Virus record (IMG/VR): IMGVR_UViG_3300020578_000006
Location: 1 to 64,000 of that record
DNA length: 64,000 nt
Reading direction: 5' to 3' (one strand)
Part shown: in pieces, positions 1 through 8,089 of the stretch
Layout of the letters: each line of letters opens with the position of its first letter
Numbering within the stretch: the stretch's first letter is position 1
The notes under the pieces: generated by a model
The model's database searches: none
What the model saw: only the letters and a program-made list of their open reading frames with translations
What the model was told of the DNA's origin: nothing
Program-made: the position numbers and the translations under genes

Positions 1-54
1 AAATCTGTGTACAGCTTATTCTCTTGTTCTGTTGTCATGATCTTAAAGCTTGTT

Positions 55-174
55 TCATTTGTTCTTTTTTATTATGTATGTTAAAAAACCAATAACTCCA
101 AACACCATAAATAAAAGAAATAATATGCTTGGATTGAATTCAGTTCCAATTAATAATTTACAGTTGGGACACAT
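55..174 (-). CDS. small membrane protein (39 aa, MCPNCKLLIG...)
   Basis: Hand translation, below ORF-track cutoff; hydrophobic C-half; overlaps neighbours on the dominant minus strand. Confidence 0.4.
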   Translation of the reverse strand: MCPNCKLLIGTEFNPSILFLLFMVFGVIGFLTYIIKKNK

Positions 175-334
175 TTTTATCTTTAAGAATATAATTTATA
201 TGATCAACAATAATATTTATTTCTTCTTTTTCAATGTATCCACAACTATGCTTGTAGCTATTAAGAGCAAAACGAATGCTTCTTAATTGATCTTCTGTAA
301 ACCAAATGTCAATTAAACTGTTTAATTTGCTCAA
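158..334 (-). CDS. hypothetical protein (58 aa, TTG start)
   Basis: Hand translation; start overlaps the stop of 331..792. Confidence 0.4.
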   Translation of the reverse strand: MSKLNSLIDIWFTEDQLRSIRFALNSYKHSCGYIEKEEINIIVDHINYILKDKNVSQL

Positions 335-792
335 TGTTCCATTCCTTGCTTATCATTTTCATACCAGCTTCTAGTATGCTGCAGGGCAAACTTTAAATCT
401 TTTTCTGGGTATCCTTTGCTACGTAAAAACTCTTCTAAGTTACCATCTTTGGTTTTATCATATACAGCAGGAAACCCATACTGCCAACCGCTAGGAGGGT
501 CAACATAAAACTTACCTTTAACTTCTAGATTGGCAGGAGCAGGAATATCTTTAGTATCTGTATCTGTTAAAGGCCATTCTTCCTTGTCTTCAACATCTTT
601 ATCAATTGGGTAATTGTCTACAAGATCTATATGACCATCAAAGTGAAACCCTGCACCTCTAAGAAAGTCTTCAAACTGCGTACAAACTTCTTCTATAGTA
701 TCAGCTTCAAATTCATGAGTAACCTTAATACCTTTATTGCTCCTATCAAGCTGATCAGGAACAAAGTCAGATGTAAATGTATACTTGCTCAC
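331..792 (-). CDS. hypothetical phage protein
   Basis: 153 aa ORF, tight operon packing. Confidence 0.8.
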   Translation of the reverse strand: MSKYTFTSDFVPDQLDRSNKGIKVTHEFEADTIEEVCTQFEDFLRGAGFHFDGHIDLVDNYPIDKDVEDKEEWPLTDTDTKDIPAPANLEVKGKFYVDPPSGWQYGFPAVYDKTKDGNLEEFLRSKGYPEKDLKFALQHTRSWYENDKQGMEH

Positions 793-1040
793 TTCTTTTT
801 CTTATTCTTCTTCAATGACTCAAGCTTAAATTCATTCTTTACTGCATTCTCAAGAACATGATTAACACCAATGTTACGGTATTGATCTTCCGTAATTACC
901 TCACGGCCGATATCTGCAAATGTTTGTAGCCAGCTATCTGGGCCTTCAATTTGAGCTTCATAATACTTGACAGCTTTAAAAGGACCAACATGAATGGTGT
1001 CGATATCTAGTTTTACATCTAATTTCTTACTTTTACTCAT
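789..1040 (-). CDS. hypothetical protein (start revised to MSKSKKLD)
   Basis: TTGATT..TATAAT promoter with ATG 6 nt after the -10; the longer ORF start lies in structured non-coding sequence. Confidence 0.75.
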   Translation of the reverse strand: MSKSKKLDVKLDIDTIHVGPFKAVKYYEAQIEGPDSWLQTFADIGREVITEDQYRNIGVNHVLENAVKNEFKLESLKKNKKKK

Positions 1041-1073
1041 ATTATTATTATACAGAAACTCAAAATAAATCAA

Positions 1074-1177
1074 GAGCGGAGGAACGATTAGAAACTTAGT
1101 CTCGCTTTCCAAGCTATGTGCTTGGTGCGCTGAGGTCTAACCTATTCAGCCACAGCTATAGTATCTGCCTCCTACTC
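1074..1177 (-). ncRNA. candidate structured RNA (multi-stem junction)
   Basis: GC-rich intergenic stretch; closing helix GAGUAGGAGG/CCUCCGCUC; inner hairpins CCAAGC/GCUUGG, GCUGA/UCAGC, GCAG/CUGU. Confidence 0.45.
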
Positions 1178-1402
1178 TCGAAGTCTTTTATAGTCTAAAT
1201 TCCATAGACTCATTTTGCGTTGAAAATCTCTTTCCTCATAATCTGCTCGAGCTTTGTAATAATTAGTCAACGCATTCTCTCCTTCAATATCTCGAAATGT
1301 ATCTACCCATCCTAAATCTTCTCCCATCCATGTAGAATATTCATACCTACATTTATTAAGTTTTTTGCCTTTGAACTTCTTCTTTTGATACATTTTAGGC
1401 AT
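1172..1402 (-). CDS. hypothetical protein
   Basis: 76 aa ORF in operon. Confidence 0.7.
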   Translation of the reverse strand: MPKMYQKKKFKGKKLNKCRYEYSTWMGEDLGWVDTFRDIEGENALTNYYKARADYEERDFQRKMSLWNLDYKRLRE

Positions 1403-1403
1403 A

Positions 1404-1889
1404 TTAAATAGGAACTCCTAGCTCTAGCAATCTAATAGCCTGCTCGTCTTTCTTCATATGTCTAATTTGAGCATTACTTAAAGGAAATGCTTTATGATAT
1501 TTTAAATTAAAATTCTCATCATTAATTGAAATTATATTTTCTAAGCTATTAACAGATAATCTCTCGCTTTTCATATCTACAACTTGATACACACCAAAGT
1601 ATTCCCCAGGAAGTGCATTAGGAGTACCGATACCTTTATCCCTATCTGATACAATAATACCATAATTAACCTTAATACCCTTAAAATCGTTACGTGTCTT
1701 AAGCTCTTGCTTAGTTAAAGCATCATAAACTTTACGGTATTCTTTAGAATCATAATCAGGAAGTGCTCTAGGTTTATACCAATATTTAAGATGAAATACT
1801 TTACTACAAATTGATTGTGTAGGGGAAATCTGAATATCCATCCAAGCAAACTTCTTGGGGCTAACTAATTTGTAAATGTATGCGCTCAT
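1404..1889 (-). CDS. hypothetical protein
   Basis: 161 aa ORF, ATGA overlap with upstream gene. Confidence 0.75.
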   Translation of the reverse strand: MSAYIYKLVSPKKFAWMDIQISPTQSICSKVFHLKYWYKPRALPDYDSKEYRKVYDALTKQELKTRNDFKGIKVNYGIIVSDRDKGIGTPNALPGEYFGVYQVVDMKSERLSVNSLENIISINDENFNLKYHKAFPLSNAQIRHMKKDEQAIRLLELGVPI

Positions 1890-2098
1890 CTGTTCCTTTC
1901 TAATGCTTTCTCTACCATTTTAACAAAATATAAATAGTCTTCTTTATCTTTTTTCTCTACATACCCGAGTAACTCGTTAATAATATTAGAGAACTCTGCA
2001 CCAATTTGGATATGCTTGTCAAGATTCTTACGAAGTTGGTCATTGCTTTCTCTAAGGTCCTTTAAAGCCTCTTCAAACATTTTCGTTGCTTCAGACAT
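1886..2098 (-). CDS. hypothetical coiled-coil protein
   Basis: 70 aa ORF in operon. Confidence 0.7.
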   Translation of the reverse strand: MSEATKMFEEALKDLRESNDQLRKNLDKHIQIGAEFSNIINELLGYVEKKDKEDYLYFVKMVEKALERNR

Positions 2099-2363
2099 TT
2101 TCTAGCTCCGTTAAACTATAATCTTTAAGAATACTTTCCCTTACAGTTGAGTAAGAAAGAAAAGTCTTAGCATCTTGCTTACTATTGAAGATAAATTGCT
2201 GATCTCGCTTACCGCTAGACAAATCTGTGCCCCCTCCAATATTTCGTCCTCCTAATTTATTAGCAAGAACTTCTAGTTTAGTCTCTTGATCGGAATACTT
2301 GTATTTGTTCTTGATAAAAACAAGTAGACTAACCTGTTGTTTAATTTTCGTAACTTTCATCAT
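2091..2363 (-). CDS. hypothetical protein
   Basis: 90 aa ORF directly behind a sigma70-like promoter. Confidence 0.75.
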   Translation of the reverse strand: MMKVTKIKQQVSLLVFIKNKYKYSDQETKLEVLANKLGGRNIGGGTDLSSGKRDQQFIFNSKQDAKTFLSYSTVRESILKDYSLTELENV

Positions 2364-2369
2364 ATCAAT

Positions 2370-2397
2370 ATTATGAATGAACCTAAGGTTTAGTCAA
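2370..2397 (-). promoter_or_regulatory. sigma70-like early promoter TTGACT-N16-CATAAT
   Basis: Consensus match; ATG 6 nt downstream of the -10. Confidence 0.7.
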
Positions 2398-2599
2398 GAT
2401 AAATTACATCAGCCTTGCAACTTCTTATGTCTAAACCAGTTACCTCTTTAATAGCTTTAGCTATCTTGGTATTTAGATTAAACGGACCAACCGGAATATC
2501 TTTACTCCATTCATAATCATCAAAATTTACAATAACTTCTGAAGGCCCGCTTTTGCTTCCCTCATAAACAATACTATAGATCTTCCAATACTTCTTCAT
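2390..2599 (-). CDS. hypothetical protein
   Basis: 69 aa ORF, ATGA overlap. Confidence 0.65.
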   Translation of the reverse strand: MKKYWKIYSIVYEGSKSGPSEVIVNFDDYEWSKDIPVGPFNLNTKIAKAIKEVTGLDIRSCKADVIYLD

Positions 2600-3291
2600 T
2601 TAAAAATACTTTTTGTTTCTGCTTCTTCTCTCCAGTGTATCTCATTCATGTGAAGAGCTCTATCAATTTCTGAAACTTTCCATGTACAAAAATCTTCGTA
2701 ATCATAGCCAAAAAACCGTACGCTGTTTTTACCTTTAATATTTGTTATTTTATTAACATCTTCATCTCTATCAAGATAGATATCTACGTCAGCAAAATGT
2801 TTTTTTAACACATTACTAAAAACAACAGGACCTGTTAACTCAACAACGCTGCTAGATGTTTGAAGATAAACATTTTCCAATGCTTTTTTAATTACTGCTT
2901 CTAAAATAGGGTGGTTTGCCTCAAACATTAAGCACCACTGAACAAACAAACCAGGATTTTTTTCTCTAGTTACTATTGCCCTATCTGAATCAACAATAAG
3001 TTCTCTTAATGAACGGTTAATAGATGAATCTATATCTAAATATATACCTCCATTTTTGTATAAAAACATATAACGCCATAAATCAGCTCTTGCTACTCTT
3101 AGTTGAAGGGAATCATATATATCAAATACCTGTTTGCTGTAGTTTTCTTTAACAAAAGAATCTATTTCTTCATCATTAAAAATGATATGCTTGTATTCGG
3201 GGTTTAGCTCTTTCATTTTATCGGTAAAAACTTTAGCAGCTAAAGGAAGCTCTTTAGTTTTCCATGTCTGATATATAAATTTGGGGATCAT
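2596..3291 (-). CDS. glycosyltransferase, DXD sugar-binding (GT32/OCH1-like)
   Basis: IPKFIYQTWK N-terminus, RADLWRYMFLYKNGGIYLDID motif. Confidence 0.9.
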   Translation of the reverse strand: MIPKFIYQTWKTKELPLAAKVFTDKMKELNPEYKHIIFNDEEIDSFVKENYSKQVFDIYDSLQLRVARADLWRYMFLYKNGGIYLDIDSSINRSLRELIVDSDRAIVTREKNPGLFVQWCLMFEANHPILEAVIKKALENVYLQTSSSVVELTGPVVFSNVLKKHFADVDIYLDRDEDVNKITNIKGKNSVRFFGYDYEDFCTWKVSEIDRALHMNEIHWREEAETKSIFK

Positions 3292-3313
3292 GTAAATATA
3301 TTACTTAATATGT

Positions 3314-3667
3314 TTAATATCTCAACAAGTAACTTTTTTGTTTTTCTTGACAAAGCTTAGCATTAGATAAAATATAAGAACTAATATTTTGACTGACACG
3401 ACTAATATAAGTAAGAATCAACAGCAATATAATATGAATATAATACTGCCAATGAAGAAGTGTATAGATTGTTTCATTTTTGGTAGGAAGAGAATTTCTT
3501 ATAAAAATGTACATGGTTATAATAGCCTCATATATTTTAGGAAATTTAAAAAATAAGAATTGAAGAGGGTGAAGAACAAATCGTAGGAATGTATATATTA
3601 TATCATAAAAAAATGACACCACAAAGTTTAGATAATTATTAAAGATCAGCTTTAGTTGATGGTTCAT
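3314..3667 (-). CDS. hypothetical membrane protein
   Basis: 117 aa hydrophobic ORF; start uncertain. Confidence 0.45.
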   Translation of the reverse strand: MNHQLKLIFNNYLNFVVSFFYDIIYTFLRFVLHPLQFLFFKFPKIYEAIITMYIFIRNSLPTKNETIYTLLHWQYYIHIILLLILTYISRVSQNISSYILSNAKLCQEKQKSYLLRY

Positions 3668-3914
3668 AATTAATATACCTATAAGGCTCTACTTCTTTTG
3701 TAGAATAAGAAAAGTTTACCCCTGGATAATATTTCATATATTTTGTACAATAGTTAGCAGCCGCACGAATAGCAGCGTGTGGGTTAGATGCTTTAAAAAC
3801 TCTTCTATATGACATTTCTGGTTTTATAGAAAAGCTACAATCTGGGTCATTAACCGTAATTTCAACCTTCCAATGCTGAATAGGCTGTCTACGTACAATA
3901 TTAATTTTTGCCAT
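3639..3914 (-). CDS. hypothetical protein (start likely MAKINIVR)
   Basis: ORF track 3639..3965; internal ATG fits operon packing better. Confidence 0.65.
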   Translation of the reverse strand: MAKINIVRRQPIQHWKVEITVNDPDCSFSIKPEMSYRRVFKASNPHAAIRAAANYCTKYMKYYPGVNFSYSTKEVEPYRYINYEPSTKADL

Positions 3915-4236
3915 ATGAACAATATATAATCTCAGGTCTAACAACACAAGGAACCCAATCGACAAATTTGTTCCCGTAATTATCTAACCAGATTTGAACC
4001 CCTTTAAATACCCTTGCAGGATCCATTTTTAACATATCTACCTCTAAAGCTGCTAATGTTTCTTTTACTTGATAGTCTCTAATTACATCAGCCTGTGTTT
4101 TAATCTTTACAGGAAGATCAAATTGAGTGAGCAATTCTTCAAATGTATTAGGACCAGAGAATATTTTATTTTCTTGATAAGGAACAGACGTCCAGGCTTT
4201 AAGTGTAGTTTTTAAAAAATTGTAAATGCTTTGCAT
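3901..4236 (-). CDS. hypothetical protein (start likely MQSIYNF)
   Basis: ORF track 3901..4311; the upstream part overlaps a separate 43 aa hydrophobic ORF (4212..4343). Confidence 0.6.
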   Translation of the reverse strand: MQSIYNFLKTTLKAWTSVPYQENKIFSGPNTFEELLTQFDLPVKIKTQADVIRDYQVKETLAALEVDMLKMDPARVFKGVQIWLDNYGNKFVDWVPCVVRPEIIYCSYGKN

Positions 4237-4339
4237 AAGATAGAAAATAACACACCCACAACAAAAGCAAAAATAAATAAAGCACCACAAAAGATTATTA
4301 AATCTAGACAAGAATTAAAAGCAGATATAAACCATTGCT

Positions 4340-4513
4340 TCATTCTTCAAAGTTAAAATATAATTGACAAAGTTGAATATTTTCTTTATCTTCTTCTTTT
4401 TCTAAAATAATTGACCGAGCTTCCTCTGGAGATGTGGCGGCAACAGTCTTAAACCCTTTAAATATTCTACCTCTAGAACTTACATTATAAATCTCAAACA
4501 AGTACCGGCTCAT
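4340..4513 (-). CDS. hypothetical protein (57 aa, MSRYLFEIY...)
   Basis: Hand translation; fills the gap between annotated ORFs. Confidence 0.55.
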   Translation of the reverse strand: MSRYLFEIYNVSSRGRIFKGFKTVAATSPEEARSIILEKEEDKENIQLCQLYFNFEE

Positions 4514-4679
4514 CTTTAACCTCCACTTCTACAACATTTAACATGGCGTGTAATTTTTGTTTATTAATTTTAGTTTTAAATCTACTTTCAACATCTTCCA
4601 CAACGCTATCAAATAAACTTTGATTATTGACTAAAGAGGTCAAAATCATATTTAACGTTAATTTCTGATTTTGCTTCAT
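4494..4679 (-). CDS. hypothetical protein
   Basis: 61 aa ORF; TTGCAA-N16-TATACT promoter at 4686..4713 with ATG 6 nt after the -10. Confidence 0.7.
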   Translation of the reverse strand: MKQNQKLTLNMILTSLVNNQSLFDSVVEDVESRFKTKINKQKLHAMLNVVEVEVKDEPVLV

Positions 4680-4703
4680 ATTATGAGTATAAAGGAATGT
4701 AGT

Positions 4704-4946
4704 TTAATTGCAAGGGTTTTCTTCACCACAAGATGTTGACTTATTATTAATATGTTCTGTTAAAAATCTTTCTGCTTCCTCATAAGAATCAAACCTCTTT
4801 AAAACTTCTTTATTCTTTGTCACATTAAAAATTGGTAATCTTCCATCATATTCTTCAATAATTTCATAATTATTCATTAATACCGGTCCTAAGATCTGTA
4901 GAATCAATAATGGCTTGATTAATGATGGTCTGCTCCTTTGCATCAA
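4704..4946 (-). CDS. hypothetical protein
   Basis: 80 aa ORF; true start possibly MNNYEII. Confidence 0.55.
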   Translation of the reverse strand: MMQRSRPSLIKPLLILQILGPVLMNNYEIIEEYDGRLPIFNVTKNKEVLKRFDSYEEAERFLTEHINNKSTSCGEENPCN

Positions 4947-5014
4947 TAACCTCTAAAGCTTTAAGGCGTCCATCTGGAAGACCTATGTTTAGAACCCAAA
5001 TACAAAAGAATATA

Positions 5015-5254
5015 CTAATAGGATCCCACATCTTTTTCTTTTTTCTTAGCTTCAGTATAATCTAAATGCTGTGATGAGTCAATAATAAAATCCAAAAATA
5101 GATCATACAAATTATTAAGCTGTTTATTATTACGAATAATATGTTTGGTTGAATCATCCAATCCGGCTAAATACCGATTAAATAATTCGCTATATCTGGA
5201 TATAAAAAGTCTACTTGAAGTGTTTTTTAATTCTTTTGCTAAATCTGAAGTCAT
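5015..5254 (-). CDS. hypothetical protein
   Basis: 79 aa ORF. Confidence 0.65.
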   Translation of the reverse strand: MTSDLAKELKNTSSRLFISRYSELFNRYLAGLDDSTKHIIRNNKQLNNLYDLFLDFIIDSSQHLDYTEAKKKEKDVGSY

Positions 5255-5343
5255 GATACTTGTTGTATATCTTTAACAAAACCACTAATGGGAGTAATAG
5301 AAATATTGATACTATTATCTCCGCTATCTTCCTCACATATTAT

Positions 5344-5724
5344 TTAGAAATTATAATCGTAGAAATAGGTAGCTTGTTCACCTTTCTGATGAAGGCCGAA
5401 CTTACTATAACGGGTCTGCTGCCCTACTTCACACCAGCGCTGGGCTTTACTTCTCCAGCTTAAGATCTTAATCTTGTTACTAGGGTTACTGGAGAGCTTA
5501 TATTCTTGATCATGATTATCTGCAAAATGCCCAGAGAAGCCGCCTGGATGAAAGTCCTTAGGCTTCTTGATACATTCTGCATCAAGCTCACGAATTTTAA
5601 TACGACGGGGGCTGATAATTTCAATGACTTCCCAAGCATCCCTATCAGTGTAATGAAATTCCGTTACATGTTGACCGACAAATGGTTTCACATCTGGTTT
5701 GTTATCTGTCTTTGTTTTCATCAT
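5344..5724 (-). CDS. hypothetical phage protein
   Basis: 126 aa ORF; TATAAT 6 nt upstream of ATG. Confidence 0.75.
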   Translation of the reverse strand: MMKTKTDNKPDVKPFVGQHVTEFHYTDRDAWEVIEIISPRRIKIRELDAECIKKPKDFHPGGFSGHFADNHDQEYKLSSNPSNKIKILSWRSKAQRWCEVGQQTRYSKFGLHQKGEQATYFYDYNF

Positions 5725-5750
5725 ACCTATATTATAAAAGAAATATTGAA

Positions 5751-6398
5751 TCAGGCAACACTATTTTCTAATTTCTTATCGTTATAAAGGTTTCTATAAT
5801 TCCTAAAACTATCTATCCATTCATCTCTATGGGCAAAAAATATCTGATTTTCACCAGTTTCACAACTAATAAGAATAGTAATATCTTGAATAGGAATACC
5901 TGTTCTATCCTCAAACATATAACTGTAAGCACTAGCTTGCATAAAATAATCCCAAATGTATTCTTTCTTCTTCGGCTTTGAGCTGGTCTTAAAGTCTATA
6001 ATTGATATACATCTATCAAACTCTGCAATACAATCAACCTGTCCGGCTACCTTTAATTCATCTGAATAAAGATGTTGCTCCATACATCTAATGTTCTTAA
6101 TTCTATCTAGGATGGGTTTAAATTGATTAAACATACCACCAACATTGTCTTCTGTATGCTCTTTATTTAGATATGATTCGCAAAGTGTATGGAATTGAGT
6201 ACCTCTTCTAGCTGCAAATTGTTTTATTCTATCCGCCTCTTCATCCCCTACCCGAGCTCTCCACTTAGCTAACTCTTTCTTCTTCCATTCAGATAGTACT
6301 GTTGTAACTGAAGGATATTTGTTTCCCTCAGGAGTAACATAGTGTCTTTCACCAGATTCCTTAGTTACTCTTTGTAACTTAGGCAATTCTATTTTCAT
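5751..6398 (-). CDS. PD-(D/E)XK exonuclease (Cas4/lambda-exo-like, T4-like phage exonuclease)
   Basis: YPSVTTVLS, RGTQFHTLCE, EQHLYS, AGQVDCI, IIDFKTS, QASAY motifs. Confidence 0.9.
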   Translation of the reverse strand: MKIELPKLQRVTKESGERHYVTPEGNKYPSVTTVLSEWKKKELAKWRARVGDEEADRIKQFAARRGTQFHTLCESYLNKEHTEDNVGGMFNQFKPILDRIKNIRCMEQHLYSDELKVAGQVDCIAEFDRCISIIDFKTSSKPKKKEYIWDYFMQASAYSYMFEDRTGIPIQDITILISCETGENQIFFAHRDEWIDSFRNYRNLYNDKKLENSVA

Positions 6399-6404
6399 GC
6401 CTAT

Positions 6405-6432
6405 ATTATGAATGGATTTGGAAGAATGTCAA
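6405..6432 (-). promoter_or_regulatory. sigma70-like promoter TTGACA-N16-CATAAT
   Basis: Consensus match; ATG 6 nt downstream. Confidence 0.75.
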
Positions 6433-6454
6433 GAAAAATATACAAAAAAGAAAA

Positions 6455-6792
6455 CATTCTATCTGCCGCATCAATTACACCGGATTCGAATTTTAATGCT
6501 GTAACTACCAGCTAAGTTAAGTGTAATTAGCGTACGTAACTTTGTCCTTCTCAGGACTATGCTCTAAGATGCGTAATACTAGCCTGGAGCTTCGTTCAGT
6601 GAATGAACTTTATATTTTAATATGACTTCTAGTGAATATTATTCACAGTAGACTTATATCTCTTACCGAATGCTACCAATCATATACTCCTTCATATGTA
6701 AATGTATCCATCTACACTCGCCTGTGGGGCACGGCGTTGGACTATTCAGACTGCCTTCAGGGTCCCAACCCTTACTTGCTACAGATAAAATG
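6455..6792 (-). ncRNA. candidate large structured ncRNA (~340 nt)
   Basis: No ORF >=60 aa; own promoter; 15-bp closing helix CAUUUUAUCUGUAGC/GCGGCAGAUAGAAUG followed by a U-rich tract; inner helices AAUUACAC/GUGUAAUU, GUCCU-GAGA-AGGAC, GUUCA/UGAAC, GUGAA/UUCAC, CAUAU/AUAUG. Confidence 0.7.
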
Positions 6793-6808
6793 TCAATGAA
6801 CTGTTATT

Positions 6809-6836
6809 ATTATATGTACTTCTTAAGAAGATGCAA
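6809..6836 (-). promoter_or_regulatory. promoter TTGCAT-N16-TATAAT for the candidate ncRNA
   Basis: Perfect -10 and same 16-nt spacing as other promoters; spacer contains palindrome CTTCTTAAGAAG. Confidence 0.6.
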
Positions 6837-7163
6837 CTAGTTTTTTTTATTTTTTTTTAACCAATCATAACCTATTGATGCTCCAGTTTTTAGAGATTCA
6901 ACTTCCGGACTATTTTTGCCTTCCAGTAACATATATTCTGCACTTAAGGACTTTCGTATCGATATAAGCTCATCTCCCTTTATTCCTTTAAGCATTGTAA
7001 TATATCCGCCGGGCCATTTACCATAAAGCTCCTCTAAAGATTCACAGCTAGGTTCACTCCAAACTTCTATAAATTCATTGTAATATCCTGTTGATTCTAA
7101 ATATTTTTCAGTAGGAGTTTTTGCCCACTTAGACCACGATAATTCATTTTGTGAGTTGAACAT
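6837..7163 (-). CDS. hypothetical protein
   Basis: 108 aa ORF; TAAATA upstream of ATG. Confidence 0.7.
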   Translation of the reverse strand: MFNSQNELSWSKWAKTPTEKYLESTGYYNEFIEVWSEPSCESLEELYGKWPGGYITMLKGIKGDELISIRKSLSAEYMLLEGKNSPEVESLKTGASIGYDWLKKNKKN

Positions 7164-7194
7164 AATATATTTAAATTAATAATATCTAAATCAA

Positions 7195-7267
7195 TAGCGA
7201 GTATGGGATTCGAACCCATGTATCGGGAATGAAAGTCCCGAGTCCTAGACCCCTAGACGAACTCGCC
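7195..7267 (-). tRNA. trnE: tRNA-Glu(UUC)
   Basis: Cloverleaf; anticodon stem CGGGA/UCCCG, loop CUUUCAU; GGUUCGAAUCC T-arm. Confidence 0.92.
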
Positions 7268-7271
7268 GTAT

Positions 7272-7347
7272 TGGTGGGCGTACAAGGATTTGAACCTTGG
7301 ACCAAGGCATTATGAGTGCCCTGCTCTGACCGCTGAGCTATACGCCC
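7272..7347 (-). tRNA. tRNA with CAU anticodon (Ile2 or elongator Met), encoded CCA
   Basis: GGGCGUA acceptor; loop CUCAUAA; 3' ACCA. Confidence 0.9.
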
Positions 7348-7352
7348 ATCTT

Positions 7353-7425
7353 TGGCTCAGGAGGGACTTGAACCCACACTTGAGCGATTTTAAGTCGCTT
7401 GCCTCTGCCGTTGGGCTACTAAGCC
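7353..7425 (-). tRNA. trnL: tRNA-Leu(UAA) with short variable loop
   Basis: AGCGA-CUUAAAA-UCGCU anticodon arm; only 5-nt variable region; U.U mismatch in T-stem. Confidence 0.85.
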
Positions 7426-7469
7426 AACTTGAAATAATAGTATATTGGAATTTAGAATTTAGGCAACTT

Positions 7470-7841
7470 TTAAAAGAATCGTTTTGCTGCCCCGGGCATC
7501 TGGCCGGCCCGTCTCATATGTTCGATATCTTTTTCAGCTAAAATTAATGCTTCAAGAAAAGCTTTTAAAACACCGAACCGCTCGTACATTCTTTTGTAAA
7601 CGAATTCAGGTTCGTTTTGTTTTATTCTTTTAGCCAAATCCTCAAACTTACCTGCTAAATTTTCTTTGATTTGGGCAAGAGTAAAAATACCAACACCCTG
7701 AACCATTACGTGGGAATTTTCTATATTCTCTTTATCCCATTTTGCTATAACTTTAATCTTACTCTTAGGTGCTGGAAGCCCTTGAGTGTTCTTTATAACA
7801 TCTTCATATTGTTCAAAGATTGTATGTGTATCTTTGTTCAT
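7470..7841 (-). CDS. late protein with MNKDTHTIFEQY N-terminal motif (putative internal head protein)
   Basis: TAAATA 5 nt upstream; N-terminus shared with 8086, 17031 and 17430 ORFs. Confidence 0.7.
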   Translation of the reverse strand: MNKDTHTIFEQYEDVIKNTQGLPAPKSKIKVIAKWDKENIENSHVMVQGVGIFTLAQIKENLAGKFEDLAKRIKQNEPEFVYKRMYERFGVLKAFLEALILAEKDIEHMRRAGQMPGAAKRFF

Positions 7842-7849
7842 ATTATTAT

Positions 7850-8089
7850 TTAGTTACTATGAATATACATATCTGTCCTTATTGCATATTCTTTATAATC
7901 AGCATAGTAAAATCCTCTATCCCCCCCATCTAGTATAATTGTTGGTCTATTCTTTATAAAAAAACACCATTGATCGGTAAACTCTTTACCGTGAAAATTT
8001 AATACATCTTCCTGTAAAACATAATCAGATGTTGTTTCAACTCCACCAATTCCTTTATAGTTTAATGTTCTTTTAGGACAAAATTTCAC
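7850..8089 (-). CDS. hypothetical protein
   Basis: 79 aa ORF, GTGA overlap. Confidence 0.7.
   Translation of the reverse strand: MKFCPKRTLNYKGIGGVETTSDYVLQEDVLNFHGKEFTDQWCFFIKNRPTIILDGGDRGFYYADYKEYAIRTDMYIHSN

Noticed and set aside
50-286. Plus-strand ORFs 50..286, 631..861, 5260..5463, 5506..5787, 7671..7853, 8986..9222 and similar antisense ORFs throughout
   Set aside because: Antisense to better-supported genes, with no promoter or motif support
6455-6792. Assignment of the large ncRNA as RNase P, tmRNA or group I intron
   Set aside because: The P4 strands for RNase P are not complementary; there is no tRNA-like acceptor/T-stem around UUCGAAU for tmRNA; there is no GACUA partner for P7 and no interrupted gene. 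Left as unknown pending cmscan
7290-7541. 83-aa plus-strand ORF
   Set aside because: Antisense to tRNA-CAU and tRNA-Leu; shadow ORF
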